This document shows, piece after piece, positions 48,233 to 64,000 of a DNA stretch of 64,000 nucleotides. The number at the start of each line of letters is the position of its first letter. Within the stretch, counting starts at the first letter, position 1. Source of the stretch: the human T2T-CHM13v2.0 reference genome, Homo sapiens; NCBI RefSeq assembly GCF_009914755.1, contig NC_060933.1; one strand, written 5' to 3'. The notes beneath the pieces are model-generated. The model saw only the letters and a program-made list of their open reading frames with translations. It was not told the origin of the DNA and ran no database searches. Both the position numbers and the translations under genes were made by a program.

Positions 48233-49673
48233 TCAATGTTGATTATTATCAGGAGGACTAAGGTGTCTTGGGCTCCTTCTGTGGTTAAACAGTTTGGCCT
48301 AAACGGAGGCTTATTGGTGGACTGATAGAAAAGTGGACATCCCTTTTCTAGTGTCCTGACTGTTTGCAATAAAGGCAGACATCTTGGGGTAAAGAATTTC
48401 TTGTTTTAGGACCTCTTGGTTGTGATTTAAAATGAGAACGGGAAGGTCCCTTTGGTCCCTTTGTAACTGCTGTATAATAATTGAAGGGTTATAAGCATGT
48501 TAGCCTTTTGAGTTCTTTTTTGCTGTAGAGTCCTCTCAAAATGTTCAGCCAAGGCCACCAATTCAGTCATATCTGTAACTTCTCATCCCAGCTTATGTTT
48601 TTTAATTAAACAGCTAAGTCCAGGACCAAGTCCATTTAGAAACAGAGCACTTAATGCCATTTCAGTCCCTACAGGAAATACTCCTTGCTGTACTTTGAGA
48701 CCAGAATGTTTCACAAACGATGATTCTAAGCAAGTTCTGTAATATGAAACTAGTTCATCCTTTTTGTGTTTACAAGATTGGATGATAGAGCAATCAATTT
48801 TTTTGTGGAAAAATTTTAGAAATTGAATTTAAGACGTTTTCAGCAATTTTTCTAGCTGCTTTTGATCCTTCTCCTGAGGAGTTTTTGGAGGGGTCTTTAA
48901 TATCCTCCTCAGGTCCGTCCCATTCTGCTGCTGCCATCCATTTCCAAGCTTCACCAACCCCAGTATCATCTGAATAAATAGGTAAACGTCAGGAAGTCCT
49001 AGATAGTAAGCTCCTAGGAGGGTTCTAAATTCCTTAGTAAATTTTTGAGGATTTTCCTTGGCTCAGGGAAGTCCTTCACAATGGCTCTAAGCTGTTTTAG
49101 ACCATGCAGTGAAAGTAGTTACAGCAGACAGGCCTGGCTGATCAGAAGGTCTCACTTTTTAAGGCATCTGCCTAACTTCCCTTTTTTCCATCATCTTCAG
49201 GGTGAAAAAGGTAATTTAACTAGACGGTTAGTGGACTCAGAGTATGTAGGTAGAGACGGATAAAGTGAAGGAACAGTTGGGGTTAGTTCAGTCAGAGTAG
49301 TTTTGTCATGTCTTTAGTCTGTGGCTTAAGCTTTTCATTTGTTTTTTTTGCAAAGAATCTTTTAAGGAGGCAAATTTTGATTCATTTAGTCTTTTAGAGG
49401 CCTCTGCATACCAATGAATATGAATATGTAAGAATATGACCCACTGTTTCTGGGGTTTTTGATCCCCCTTTTCTAACATGCCTCACAAACAAATAATTTT
49501 ATCCAAATTAAAACTTCCCCATTGTGGCCATCTTAATTCTAAGCTTTTTTTTAGTGAGATTAACTCATTTTTCTAAAAATGCACACATTCTGGGCCCATA
49601 ATTTTTATACATGATATTAGCTACAGTCCCGGAAAGTGGAGTCCCAGACTCCTTGGACTGAGATGAACCGATT
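48233..49673 (-). pseudogene. gag remnant
   Basis: Mutated start (ATC)GSSQSKESG myristoylation-type N-terminus; Zn knuckle CLYCKQSGH*KRD at ~48340-48380; TGA stop at 48235-48233 in frame with the protease. Confidence 0.75.
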
Positions 49674-49945
49674 TTAAAAATAAGGTACCTAACCGAGGTC
49701 CGAGGCCTCTAACTGAATCCAATCCAGTTAATTATCAAATCCAATTCTATCTTGAACCCAGTCCAATGTAAATATTGCTCAAGTAAACTCAGAGAGCTCA
49801 AAACACGTTAGTGGAGCTCAGAATCCAAGAGAAAACTCACCCATGTCCTCCAGTTACAATCAAGAGAGTAGTGAGCACAATGGGCTCCACAGGTACCTTG
49901 CCTGGTCACCTAGTGTTCCTGGGGGTTGCCAAAGTTTTACTTCGA

Positions 49946-49963
49946 ATCCCACTTTTGAAGCCA
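49946..49963 (-). other. Primer binding site, tRNA-Leu type
   Basis: TGGCTTCAAAAGTGGGAT(TCGAA) versus tRNA-Leu(CAA) PBS TGGTGTCAGAAGTGGGAT; 4 nt after the 5' LTR. Confidence 0.75.
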
Positions 49964-49967
49964 GATC

Positions 49968-50385
49968 TGTTAAAAGAAAACTTCAGACAAATTAAATTTA
50001 ACAAAGTATAATTAAGCAAGAAAAAAACAAAGATTCATGAATCGGGCAGCCTCCAGAATCACAGCAGATTCAGAGAGACTCCAGGAATGCCTCGTGGTCA
50101 GAACAAATTTATAGACAATAAAAGGAAAGTGACGTACAGAAACACCTGGATTGGTTACGGGTTGGTGTTTGTCTTATTCGAACACAGTTTGAACACTCGG
50201 CAGTCTACGAGTGGTTGAAGTATGGCTGCTGGGATTAGTCAATACTCTGCCATTGTTACAGGACATACTTGTAAGTTAGGTTTTCAATCTTTTCTATTTA
50301 TTAAGTGAGGTTATGGTTCGTCCACAAGGACTCAAATATAGAAGTACCAGAGTCCTTCTCAAGCCATACTTGTTTCACTTTAACA
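49968..50385 (-). repeat. 5' LTR (MER57A/B-like)
   Basis: Direct repeat of 41335-41771, about 10-15% divergent by eye, with a ~20-bp deletion between tacagaaa repeats. Confidence 0.9.
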
Positions 50386-50945
50386 GGGTGGAGCTCTTAG
50401 ACCCCTGAAGTTTCACTGAAAAATTAACTCAAAACGATAGATTAATAGAGAAAAGGCATACAAATTTATTTAACGTTGTCTGCATAGGAGGCTTCAGAAT
50501 GAAGACCCAATCCGTCAATGGGGTTCAGAAGCTTTTATACTACCTTGAATCGGGAGAAAGAATGCAGGCTCAGAGCATAACCAAAAGCAGGTTATGGTGG
50601 TAAATCAGGTTTTAGTGGCATGACAGGGTGTGGGAGGGGGAGAAAAGGAGGCTTAGCTGGTAAATGTGGTCTTGTTATGTCGATAAGGCCTCAAGATAGC
50701 AGCCCTCAGAGAGAATAGAAGGTAAATGTTTATTTCAGATACTTAAGGTGTTAGACTCAGTTTGTCTTTCCTAGATCCAGATAAGGGAAAGCCCAACCGT
50801 ATTAATGCAGCTTATTTAGAGATGCAAATTTCCCCCCACAAAAGACAGCCTTGCAGAGCCACTTCTGTTTTCTGGCCCTCTGGCAGCTATCTCAAAATAA
50901 GTCAAAGAAATATATGTTGCTGTAAAATATTTTGATTTTTTTTCA
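50386..50945 (-). mobile_element. MER4-group solo LTR (MER67/MER34-like); its last 9 bp lie at 41326-41334
   Basis: agattaatagagaaaaggcatacaaatttatt...gatgcaaatttccccccacaaaagacagc...gtaaaatattttgattttttttca; TSD gtag at 41322-41325 and 50946-50949. Confidence 0.7.
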
Positions 50946-51170
50946 GTAGATAGATGACTTCCAAATTTTCTGAAAGAAATCAGACATAGGCAATCCTCTA
51001 TACATAAAACAAGCAGAGATCAAATAGCAAAATGCAAAAATGGAAGCTTTCAGACAAAAATACCATAAAAATGGCAGATCTAAGACTAAACATGCTTTTC
51101 ACCTCAAAAATGTAAGTAGATCAAATGAAATCTAAAGATAATTAACCCATTCCTTTTTAAAAATTGCTCA

Positions 51171-51461
<291 letters not shown>

Positions 51462-52976
51462 TGCTCAAGCAAACCAATCTTGTGCTATGTACAGCACCAG
51501 GGTGAGCCACGATGCACAAAGCAAAGAGATGCACAAAAGAAGAGGTGTGCACAGAGGATCCCAGGCAGATGGTGGTCAAGGCGGAATGACAAATAAGACA
51601 GAGGAGGAGGATACATCTCTCTGGAAATCTTTGTGCACCAAATGCAGAGGATCTGAGTTGATGCTTCACACAAACAGCAAGGCAACTACTAATGCAGAGG
51701 CTCAAATCCCCTCTCCGGGACCACAGGAGGGCTGGTCTGCAGCGGCCAGGTCAGAATGTAGGAAATCTATAAGGTAGGCTTGAGGAAACAGTATGGCACT
51801 GAGAGGTCTCAAGGACACTTCATTCTTTTTTCCTGGACTCAGGATTCCTCATGGAGAGCTCGTGCCTACTCTACTAGCCTCTCCTGCTGGGCTCAGGAGT
51901 TATGTGTCAGGCAAGTGCTCTGGGAAGAAATCATTGATCCCACACCTTCAGGTCTGCTTGCCCTGAGCAACACAGGAGGTTGTGTCCTGGTGTATGCATA
52001 CACCTTGCTTAATTCAGGCCTGAGACCCAGGGCCATGGGGACTGCCCATCTTCACCACATTTTCCAAGCCAGCTTTGTTCAGTAATTAAGCTAATGATTT
52101 GTTCTCTAATCCCTGTGTTTTTCAGTTGGTCTCTAAATCAGGAGGGGAATGAGTGAACACAGTTTCTTCATACAGCTCCTAAAAGGCTCCAGGAGGAGGG
52201 CCTGGTCATTGGCACTCACATGTGAAGGTTGGTGGACAGCTGCTGGTTGGAAAACAGACTCGGTTACACCAGAAGGCTGGGGGTTAGGCCTCTTTTTCAG
52301 TCTGTAGCTAGGAGTTCTTGAAGCCAGAAATTCTGTTGATGTGTCACAGAAGCATGTGTGGTCCCGGTCCCCAAACTGCATCTTCCTTCAGAGTAAAAGT
52401 GTTCAGGTGCCTGTCTAATGTTAGGAGGCCATGTCTGCACCTTTTCCAGGTGAGAAACCTGAAGCCAAGAGCAAGGTGTAAAGTCCTGCCTTGAAAACTG
52501 CCATTTATGGCTTTGAATCATTGTGTTCCATTATCTAGACTCTAGTCACCTTCACTTCTACTAAAAAACCTCAATTATGGAAGCATTTCTTAAATTTTGT
52601 ACAGAAATTTCCACCTGGGATAGGAAGCTATGGCTAAGAGAAAATGTGTTAAAGCTATGATCTGGATAAAGAAATCCTTGTGACTATAGGCAGGCTCCAA
52701 ATCTGCAGCTTTCCTGTGGTGACTGTGGAAAAGAGTCCCGGCATTCACACAGCTGAGTGGGCAGTCAGGACAGCCTGCACGACACAGGCTTAGGGGTGCA
52801 AAAGGGCCTCAGGATCTAACTAGTTCTGAATTTACAAATAAGAAAACTGAGGCCTGTAGGAAAAGAAATGTTTTGTGCAAAACCACTGCATCATTATGCT
52901 GAAACAGGTACTGGGGATCAGGTTTGAAAGGAGCCACATGCAGAAATCTCTGGTATAAAAGCACAATTACAAGAGG

Positions 52977-52998
52977 ACACACACACACACACACACAC
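52977..52998. repeat. (AC)11 microsatellite
   Basis: Direct inspection. Confidence 0.95.
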
Positions 52999-54244
52999 CT
53001 GCTGCAAGGGCATATAAATGATTATGTGCATATGTGCAAAGTAAATTGCTTTTGCCTCATTTATTATTAACAGCCCATGACACACGTACCCATTTCCTTC
53101 ACAGTTTCTTTACAGAGAATACACACAGCAATTGTGTTGCTATATGAACCAATAATGACACCATGGAGTTACAAAGCAATTTCCACAAAACAGCTAAAAT
53201 AAATTTAAATAATATCTCATTTGTTACAAGAAAACTCATCTCAGTGGATAAGCAGCAATTATGGTAATCTTTGCTACTGCTTTAAGATCACAGATCTGAA
53301 ACCAAGGGATGCCAACTGGAGAGCAAGCTGGGTCCCAGGTCCTGGCCCTGGGTGCAGCAGCAATTTTCTGGCTCCAAGTACCTTAAGTGTGTGAGCTGGC
53401 TCTTCTTTGCTTGCTGGTATCGTGCCCATCTGCAGCCTGCTTGGTTGCCCTATGTCCCCTGCCCCATAAGCCTCATCCTCTGTTTAATTTTTCTTTTATA
53501 ATTTTGTCAATAGTTTTGCATAAGTAAAGATTTTTAAGGAGTGCTTCATCACCATCCTCATAATAGCCCAGATTTAACACTTTTTAAAACTCTGCTTTGA
53601 AAAACAACATTTTTTTAAAAGCTGATTAGTACTCATAATCTGAATTAATAAAATGACTTGAATTGCAGAACCCAGTAGACTACATGCTTTTAGTCCCAGA
53701 GGTGTGTTGGTTGATCACTTTAGCAGAAAAATGTGTTGTTGGCTAATAATACCAGTGTGCGGTCCCAAGACCTGGAAACATGGTCAAAAGCTGAGCTTTC
53801 GTATTTTTGTTTCTATGTGATTCTCTTATGAATACAAGCATTTGGCATTTCCCTGCAGTTAACATTTTATGTTCTGAAGCTTTTTATATCCCAGTATGTC
53901 TCCTTTTTAAATAGGCAGCTTGGAGAGCCCTGGCTCATATAAGTGAGTGCAAAAACCTTGACGTTGTGATGATGCCTTTAGCAAGTGTTGACTTGGAAGA
54001 GATGAGGGTGTGGGAGGGTTGCAGAGCAGGCTGGCTCCCCATCCCCTGGCACCTCGCTGGCATCTGTCTGCCTTGTGTTTGATTGCATACAAGATTTGGG
54101 TATCAGTACATTGCACCATGGACAGTAAACGAGGATCCTAGAGTCAGGGCTCACGCTAATTGTTGCCACTTCAGAAAATCTTTCTTGGCACTATAAGAGT
54201 GAAACAAAAAGAAAAAAGCTCATCGCACTAACTTCTGCTTTGCA

Positions 54245-54400
54245 GAGGCATTGCTCTAAGCATTTGTATTATCTTGTTTAAATTCCATGACAGCTATATG
54301 AAGAAGCTATCATTATCCTTTCATTTTAATAATGTGGAAACCAGGTACAGAGAGGTTAAGTAACTTGTCCAAAATCACCCAGCTCAAAAGATGTAGAGCT
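54245..54400 (-). mobile_element. MIR SINE
   Basis: tgctctaagcatttg...cagagaggttaagtaacttgtccaaaatcacccagct. Confidence 0.8.
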
Positions 54401-56349
54401 TTACTACTCCACTAAAAAGCACATTTGGCCTTATTTTGGCACAACCAGCATTCAAAAACATCAGTTTCTCGAATCTCCTCTGTCACCCAATGAGCTCCAA
54501 TGCAGAGGAGCAGACCTGGGCAATGTGTGTAGCGAAAAGCATCAGGAAACAGAATTGAGGATATTATGGAGGCTTAACAAGAGGCTCTAGAAATATCTAG
54601 AAGACTGTAGAAATATAGGGATATAGAATCCAGTTCTCCATTTTCATGACTATCTTGGAACCATATCCCCCAGGCATGGGTTTAGAAAGAAACACAACAT
54701 TCTAGAACAGTCACCTTTGTGAAGCATAAGCTATTTTTGTTCATTAATCAGTCGCATTCTTTTCTCTTTCTTTTTAAAAGAAAGTCTCCTAGACAAGCCA
54801 TAAATAATGTTAAAATGTTCCTAACATTGAAAAGCTCAAGCCATGATTCCCTATTTATGTTTCCCTAGCTTTGCAAAGCAAATTGAGCAGCTAGGAAAGA
54901 GGACAATTTTTATTTTTGAAAATCAAAATGTTACTTGATGTTAAAAGCATGTTTTCAACCATCAAGCACAAACTCCAATGTGCCTTAAGCCCAAGATGGA
55001 GTCAGCAACTCCCTTCAGTCATGCCAGCTGGAACTCAGGACCAGGCACAGAGCAATCACTTATCCTAATTGGGACTGCAGGCTGGTGAGGAGTGCAGATC
55101 ACCTCCTGGTTTCTCCTTTTCTTCTTGCAACCAGGAAAATGCAATTAAAAAAAGATATTATACATCATAGACACTTTTGACTAAGAATGAGGGGAGACCA
55201 ATCTCAGATTTAAAACCACTGGGGGAATCCAAATAGGTTATCAAATTCTGCTTCAGTATACATCATGTTTAAGCTTAAGAAAAATGTTTTTTTCCCTGAG
55301 TTAAAAATAAATATATTTGGTGGGGATGGAGCCAAGATGTCCAAATAGGAACAGCTCCAGTCTACAGCTCCCAGTGTGAGTGATGCAGAAGATGGGTGAT
55401 TTCTGCATTTCCAACTGAGGTACCGGGTTCATCTCACTGGGGAATGCCGGACAGTGGGTACAGGACAGTGGGTACAGCGCACCGTGCGTGAGCCGAAGCA
55501 GGGCGAGGCATTGCCTTACCTGGGAAGTGCAAAGGGTCAGGGAATTCCCTTTCCTAGTCAAAGAAAGGGGTGATAGATGGCACCTGGAAAATAGGGTCAC
55601 TCCCACCCTAATACTGTGCTTTTCCAATGGGCTTCACAAATGGCACACCAGGAGATTATATCCAGCACCTGGCTCGGAGGGTCCTACGCCCACAAAGCCT
55701 CACTCATTGCTAGCACAGCAGTCTGAGGTCAAACTGCAAGGTGGCAGCGAAGCTGGGGGAGTGGCGCCCACCATTGCCCAGGCTTCAGTAGCTAAACAGA
55801 GCGGCCAGGAAGCTTGAACTGGGTGGAGTCCACCACAGCTCAAGGAGGCCTGCCTGCCTCTGTAGGCTCCACCTCTGGGGGCAGGGCACAGACAAACAAA
55901 AGACAGAAATAACCTCTGCAAACTTAAATGTCCCTGTCTGACAGCTTTGAAGAGAGTAGTGGTTCTCCCAGCACGCAGCTTGAGATCTGAGAATGGGCAG
56001 ACTGCCTCCTCAAGTGGGCCCCTGACCCCCAAGTAGCCTAACTGGGAGGCACCCCCAAGTAGGGGTAGACTGACACCTCACATGGCCGGGTACTCCTCTG
56101 ACACAAAACTTCCAGAGGAAGGATCAAGCAGCAGCATTTGTGGTTCACTAATATCCACTGTTCTGCAGCCACCGCTGCTGACACTCAGGCAAACAGGGTC
56201 TGGAGTGGACCTCCAGTAAATTCCAACAGACCTGCAGCTGAGGGTCCTGACTGTTAGAAGGAAAACTAACAAACAGAAAGGACATCCATACCAAAAACCC
56301 ATCTGTACGTCACCATCATCAAAGACCAAAGGTAGATAAAGCCACAAAG

Positions 56350-57363
56350 ATGGGGAAAAAACAGAGCAGAAAAACCAGAAACTCTAAAAATCAGAGCACC
56401 TCTCCTCCTCCAAAGGAATGCAGCTCCTCACCAGCAACGGAACAAAGCTGGATGGAGAATGACTTTGATGAGTTGAGAGAAGAAGGCTTCAGAAGATCAA
56501 ATTACTCCAAGCTAAAGGAGGAAGTTCGAACCAATGGCAAAGAAGTTTAGAACTTTGAAAAAAAATTAGATGAATGGATAACTAGAATAACCGATGCAGA
56601 GAAGTCCTTAAAGGACCTGATGGAGCTGAAAACCACTGCACGAGAACTACGTGACGAATGCACAAGCCTCAGTAACTGATGCAATCAACTGGAAGAAAGG
56701 GTATCAGCGATGGAAGATGAAATGAATGAAATGAAGCATGAAGAGAAGTTTAGAGAAAAAAGAATAAAAAGAAATGAACAAAGCCTCCAAGAAATATGGG
56801 ACTCTGTGAAAAGACCAAATCTATGTCTAATTGGTGTACCTGAAAGTGACGGGGAGAATGGAACCAAGTTGGAAAATACTCTGCAGGATATTATCCAGGA
56901 GAACTTCCCCAATCTAGCAAGGCAGGCCAACATTCAAATTCAGGAAATACAGAGAACGCCACAAAGATACTCCTCGAGAAGAGCAACTCCAAGACACATA
57001 ATTGTCAGATTCACCAAAGTTGAAATGAAGGAAAAAATGTTAAGGGCAGCCAGAGAGAAAGGTCAAGTTACCCACAAAGGGAAGCCCATCAGACTAACAG
57101 CTGATCTCTCAGCAGAAACTCTACAAGCCAGAAGAGAGTGGGGGCCAATATTCAACATTCTTAAAGAAAAGAATTTTCAACCCAGAATTTCATATCCAGC
57201 CAAACAAAGCTTCATAAGTGAAGGAGAAATAAAATACTTTACAGACAAGCAAATGCTGAGAGATTTTGTCACCACCAGGCCTGCCCTAAAAGAGCTCCTG
57301 AAGGAAGCACTAAACATGGAAAGGAAAAATCGGTACAAGCCACTGCAAAAACATGCCAAATAG
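56350..57363 (+). pseudogene. L1 ORF1 with premature stops
   Basis: MGKKQSRKTRNSKNQS...; TAG at 56548 and further stops at ~56675; C-terminal 217 aa open. Confidence 0.95.
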
Positions 57364-57429
57364 TAAAGACCATCAAGGCTAGGAAGAAGCTGCATCAATT
57401 AACGAGCAAAATAACCAGCTAACATCATA

Positions 57430-61440
<4,011 letters not shown>

Positions 61441-62019
61441 GGACATGGATGAAGCTGGAAACCATCAGTCTCAGCAAACTATCGCAAGGACAAAAAACCA
61501 AACACCGCATGTTCTCACTCATAGGTGGGAATTGAACAATGAGAACACTTGGACACAGGAAGGGGAACATCACACACCGGAGACTGTTGTCGGGTGGGAG
61601 GAGGGGGGAGGGATAGCATTGGGAGATATACCTAATGCTAAATGACGAGTTGATGGGTGCAGCACACCAACATGGCACATGTATACATATGTAACAAAGC
61701 TGCACGTTGTGCACATGTACCCTAAAACTTAAAGTATAATAATAATTTTAAAAAAAGAAATTTAACACAATAAATAAATAAATAAATAAATATATTTGGC
61801 ATATTGAAAAACAAAAGTTTCTTTCACACACTCAAACTAAAAGCTGTAATTTTTACCAGCTTCCAAACTACCAGTAAAATCGGTCAGTTTTCACACTAAA
61901 TCAAGCTAATTTGGTGAAAGTAAGACTCAAATCAAATTAATTTATGTAATTTTACTAATCCCATATGCAAATGGCAATGTTGAAAAAAAAAGTGACCTGG
62001 GGTATGATTATCATTTTCT

Positions 62020-62301
62020 CAAGCTTTATTGAGGTATAATTGACAAAAGTTGTATATATTTAAGGTTTACAATGTGATGGTTTGACATACATTGTGAAAT
62101 GATTACTGCAATCAAGCTAATTAACCTATCACCTTACAGAGTTTCCGTGTGTGTGTGTGCGCGCATGTGTGCGTGTGTGTGAGAGAGAGAGAGAGATGAG
62201 AATACTAGAGATGAGAATACTTAAGATCTGCTCTGAGTAAATTTCAAGAGTACGATACATTATTATTAACTATAGGCACCATGCTGTACAAGAGATCTCC
62301 A
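62020..62301 (-). mobile_element. L1MA (8/9-like) 3' end with an internal (TG)n(GA)n microsatellite
   Basis: agctttattgaggtataattgacaaaa...attaactataggcaccatgctgtaca; flanking repeat gggt...attatcatttt. Confidence 0.8.
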
Positions 62302-63029
62302 TAGGGTGGAATTATCATTTTGTTAAAGAAATTTTTATATATGTATTTTATTCTACCAGAATTTTACACATGTGCACACACGCATACACATTGCATGAAT
62401 GTGTGGTCTTTAAAAAAAAAAACAAAAAGTACTTTTCATATCTCCTTTATATGACTGTTTAAAATTACCAGTAAATTATTTTATCTATGTAATATAAAGT
62501 TCCCTTCTAAACAGTAATCTACGCCCTTCAGTTACATTGTTATACTGCAAGACTAAGAATTATCATCCAGCTCAATTTAAATATGGATTATATTAAATTA
62601 ATCAACTTATTGTTATTGGCTATAGTTCTTTAAATAAAAGAAAATTCTTCCTTCTATTCAGGATGATGTGACAGGGTTGTAAAACCTTAGTCATCTGGCC
62701 AGAGAAATGTCTTCTAAAGTTTGTAGCCCCATGATATTTTCAGAATAATTAGATGGCAGCCACCAATCAAGTGTCCTTTGTGAAGAAAGCAAAGTTCGTC
62801 AATTTATTCAGAGCACATTCTCAAACCAGAGCAGAGCTTCAGCACATCAATTAGGGTGTTTGAAGAATTCCCTCAACTCTCAAGACCCATTTACTGTATA
62901 AGACAAAACTTACAGCAAGGACGATAGGAGAATGTGTATTTTCTCCTAACAAAATGGGTTCTGAAATTTGTAACTAAAAATAATTAATAAAAAGTATATG
63001 TAAAATATGTAAACTACACATGCAAAGTA

Positions 63030-64000
63030 TCTGCGTGTGTATGGGTGGTGTGTGGGGGGGTAAATGCGTGTGTGAGCATAGGTATATGTGATGTGTGTGT
63101 GTGAATGTGAGTGCATGTGTGTGAATTTGAGTGTATGTGCGCATGTGAGTGTGTGAGTGTATGTGTGACTGTAAATGTGTGGGTGTGTGTGTATGTGTAT
63201 GAATGTGCATGAGTGTGTGTGAATGTGAGTGTGCAGGTGTATGTGTGTGAATGTGAGTGTGTATGTGTGAGAATCTGAGTGTGTGAGTGTATGTGTGACT
63301 GTAAATGTGTGGGTGTGTGTGTATGTGTGTGAATGTGTATGAGTGTGAATGTGAGTGTGTGGGTGGATGTGTGTGAATGTGTGTATGTGTGAGAATGTGT
63401 GTGCATGTGAGTGTATGTGTGACTGTAAATGTGTGTGGGTGTGTGAATGTGTATGAGTGTGTGAATGTGAGTGTGTGGGTGTATGTGTGTGAATGTGAGT
63501 GTGTATGTGTGTGAATGTGAGTGTGTGTATGTGACTGTAAATGTGTGTGTGTGGGTGTGAATGTGTATGAGTGTGTGAATGTGAGTGTGTGGGTGTATGT
63601 GTGTGAATGTGAGTGTGTATGTGTGAGAATGTGTATGAATGTGTGTGAGTATATGTGTGACTGTAAATGTGTGGGTGTGTATGTATGTGTGTGAATGTGT
63701 ATGAGTGTGTGTGATGTGAGTGTGTGGATGTATGTGTGTGAATGTGAGTGTGTATATGTGAGAATGTGTGTGAATGTGAGTGTGTGAGTGTGTGTGACTA
63801 TAAATGTGTGGGTGTATGTGTGTGAGAATGTATTTGTGTCTGAATGTGTGTGAGTGTATATGTGTGAAGTGACTGTGAGCACATGTGTGTGAATGTGACT
63901 GAGTGTATGTGTGTGAATGTGTGTGGGGGGTTGTTTGTATCTGTGAATGTGGCTGAGTGCATGGGTATGTGCATGTGTCTGTATGTGTGTGTGTGGATTT
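63030..64000. repeat. Complex TG-rich minisatellite/VNTR, runs off the window end
   Basis: TG dinucleotides with recurring gtgactgtaaatgtgt, gaatgtgagtgt and gagaat motifs. Confidence 0.95.

Noticed and set aside
49941-49963. tRNA-like sequence ttcgaatcccacttttgaagcca
   Set aside because: Only the 3' end is present; it is the proviral PBS, not a tRNA gene
55301-55627. 108-aa antisense ORF
   Set aside because: Usual open frame of the L1 5' UTR antisense strand; non-ATG start; ORF0 itself is truncated
62974-63882. 302-aa His/Thr-rich ORF
   Set aside because: Translation of the (CA)-rich repeat strand, which lacks stops by composition

Overview
Primate (very likely human) genomic DNA with no intact protein-coding exon. 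The only host-gene signal is a small CpG island at ~11.74-12.17 kb. It holds a minus-strand non-coding first exon with a CAG|GTAACC donor at 11794/11793, which I recall as the 5' UTR of DIRAS2. On that reading 1-11793 is intron 1 and the rest is upstream intergenic DNA. From ~17.5 to 62.3 kb the window is almost all nested transposons: two old L1M elements in inverted orientation, a near full-length L1PA13-16-type element, a complete but decayed MER57-LTR provirus (Leu PBS, gag-pro-pol-env, PPT) inserted into a MER67/MER34-like LTR, a full-length L1PA4-like element with 16-bp TSDs, about 11 Alus, MaLR LTRs and DNA transposons. A complex TG-rich VNTR ends the window. I see no convincing new gene system. 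The most unusual signals are locally templated insertions, above all an AluY whose 5' end holds two pieces copied from the same intron ~2.8-3.1 kb away, joined by microhomologies. Repeat subfamily names are from recall of consensus sequences, and boundaries of old repeats are approximate.
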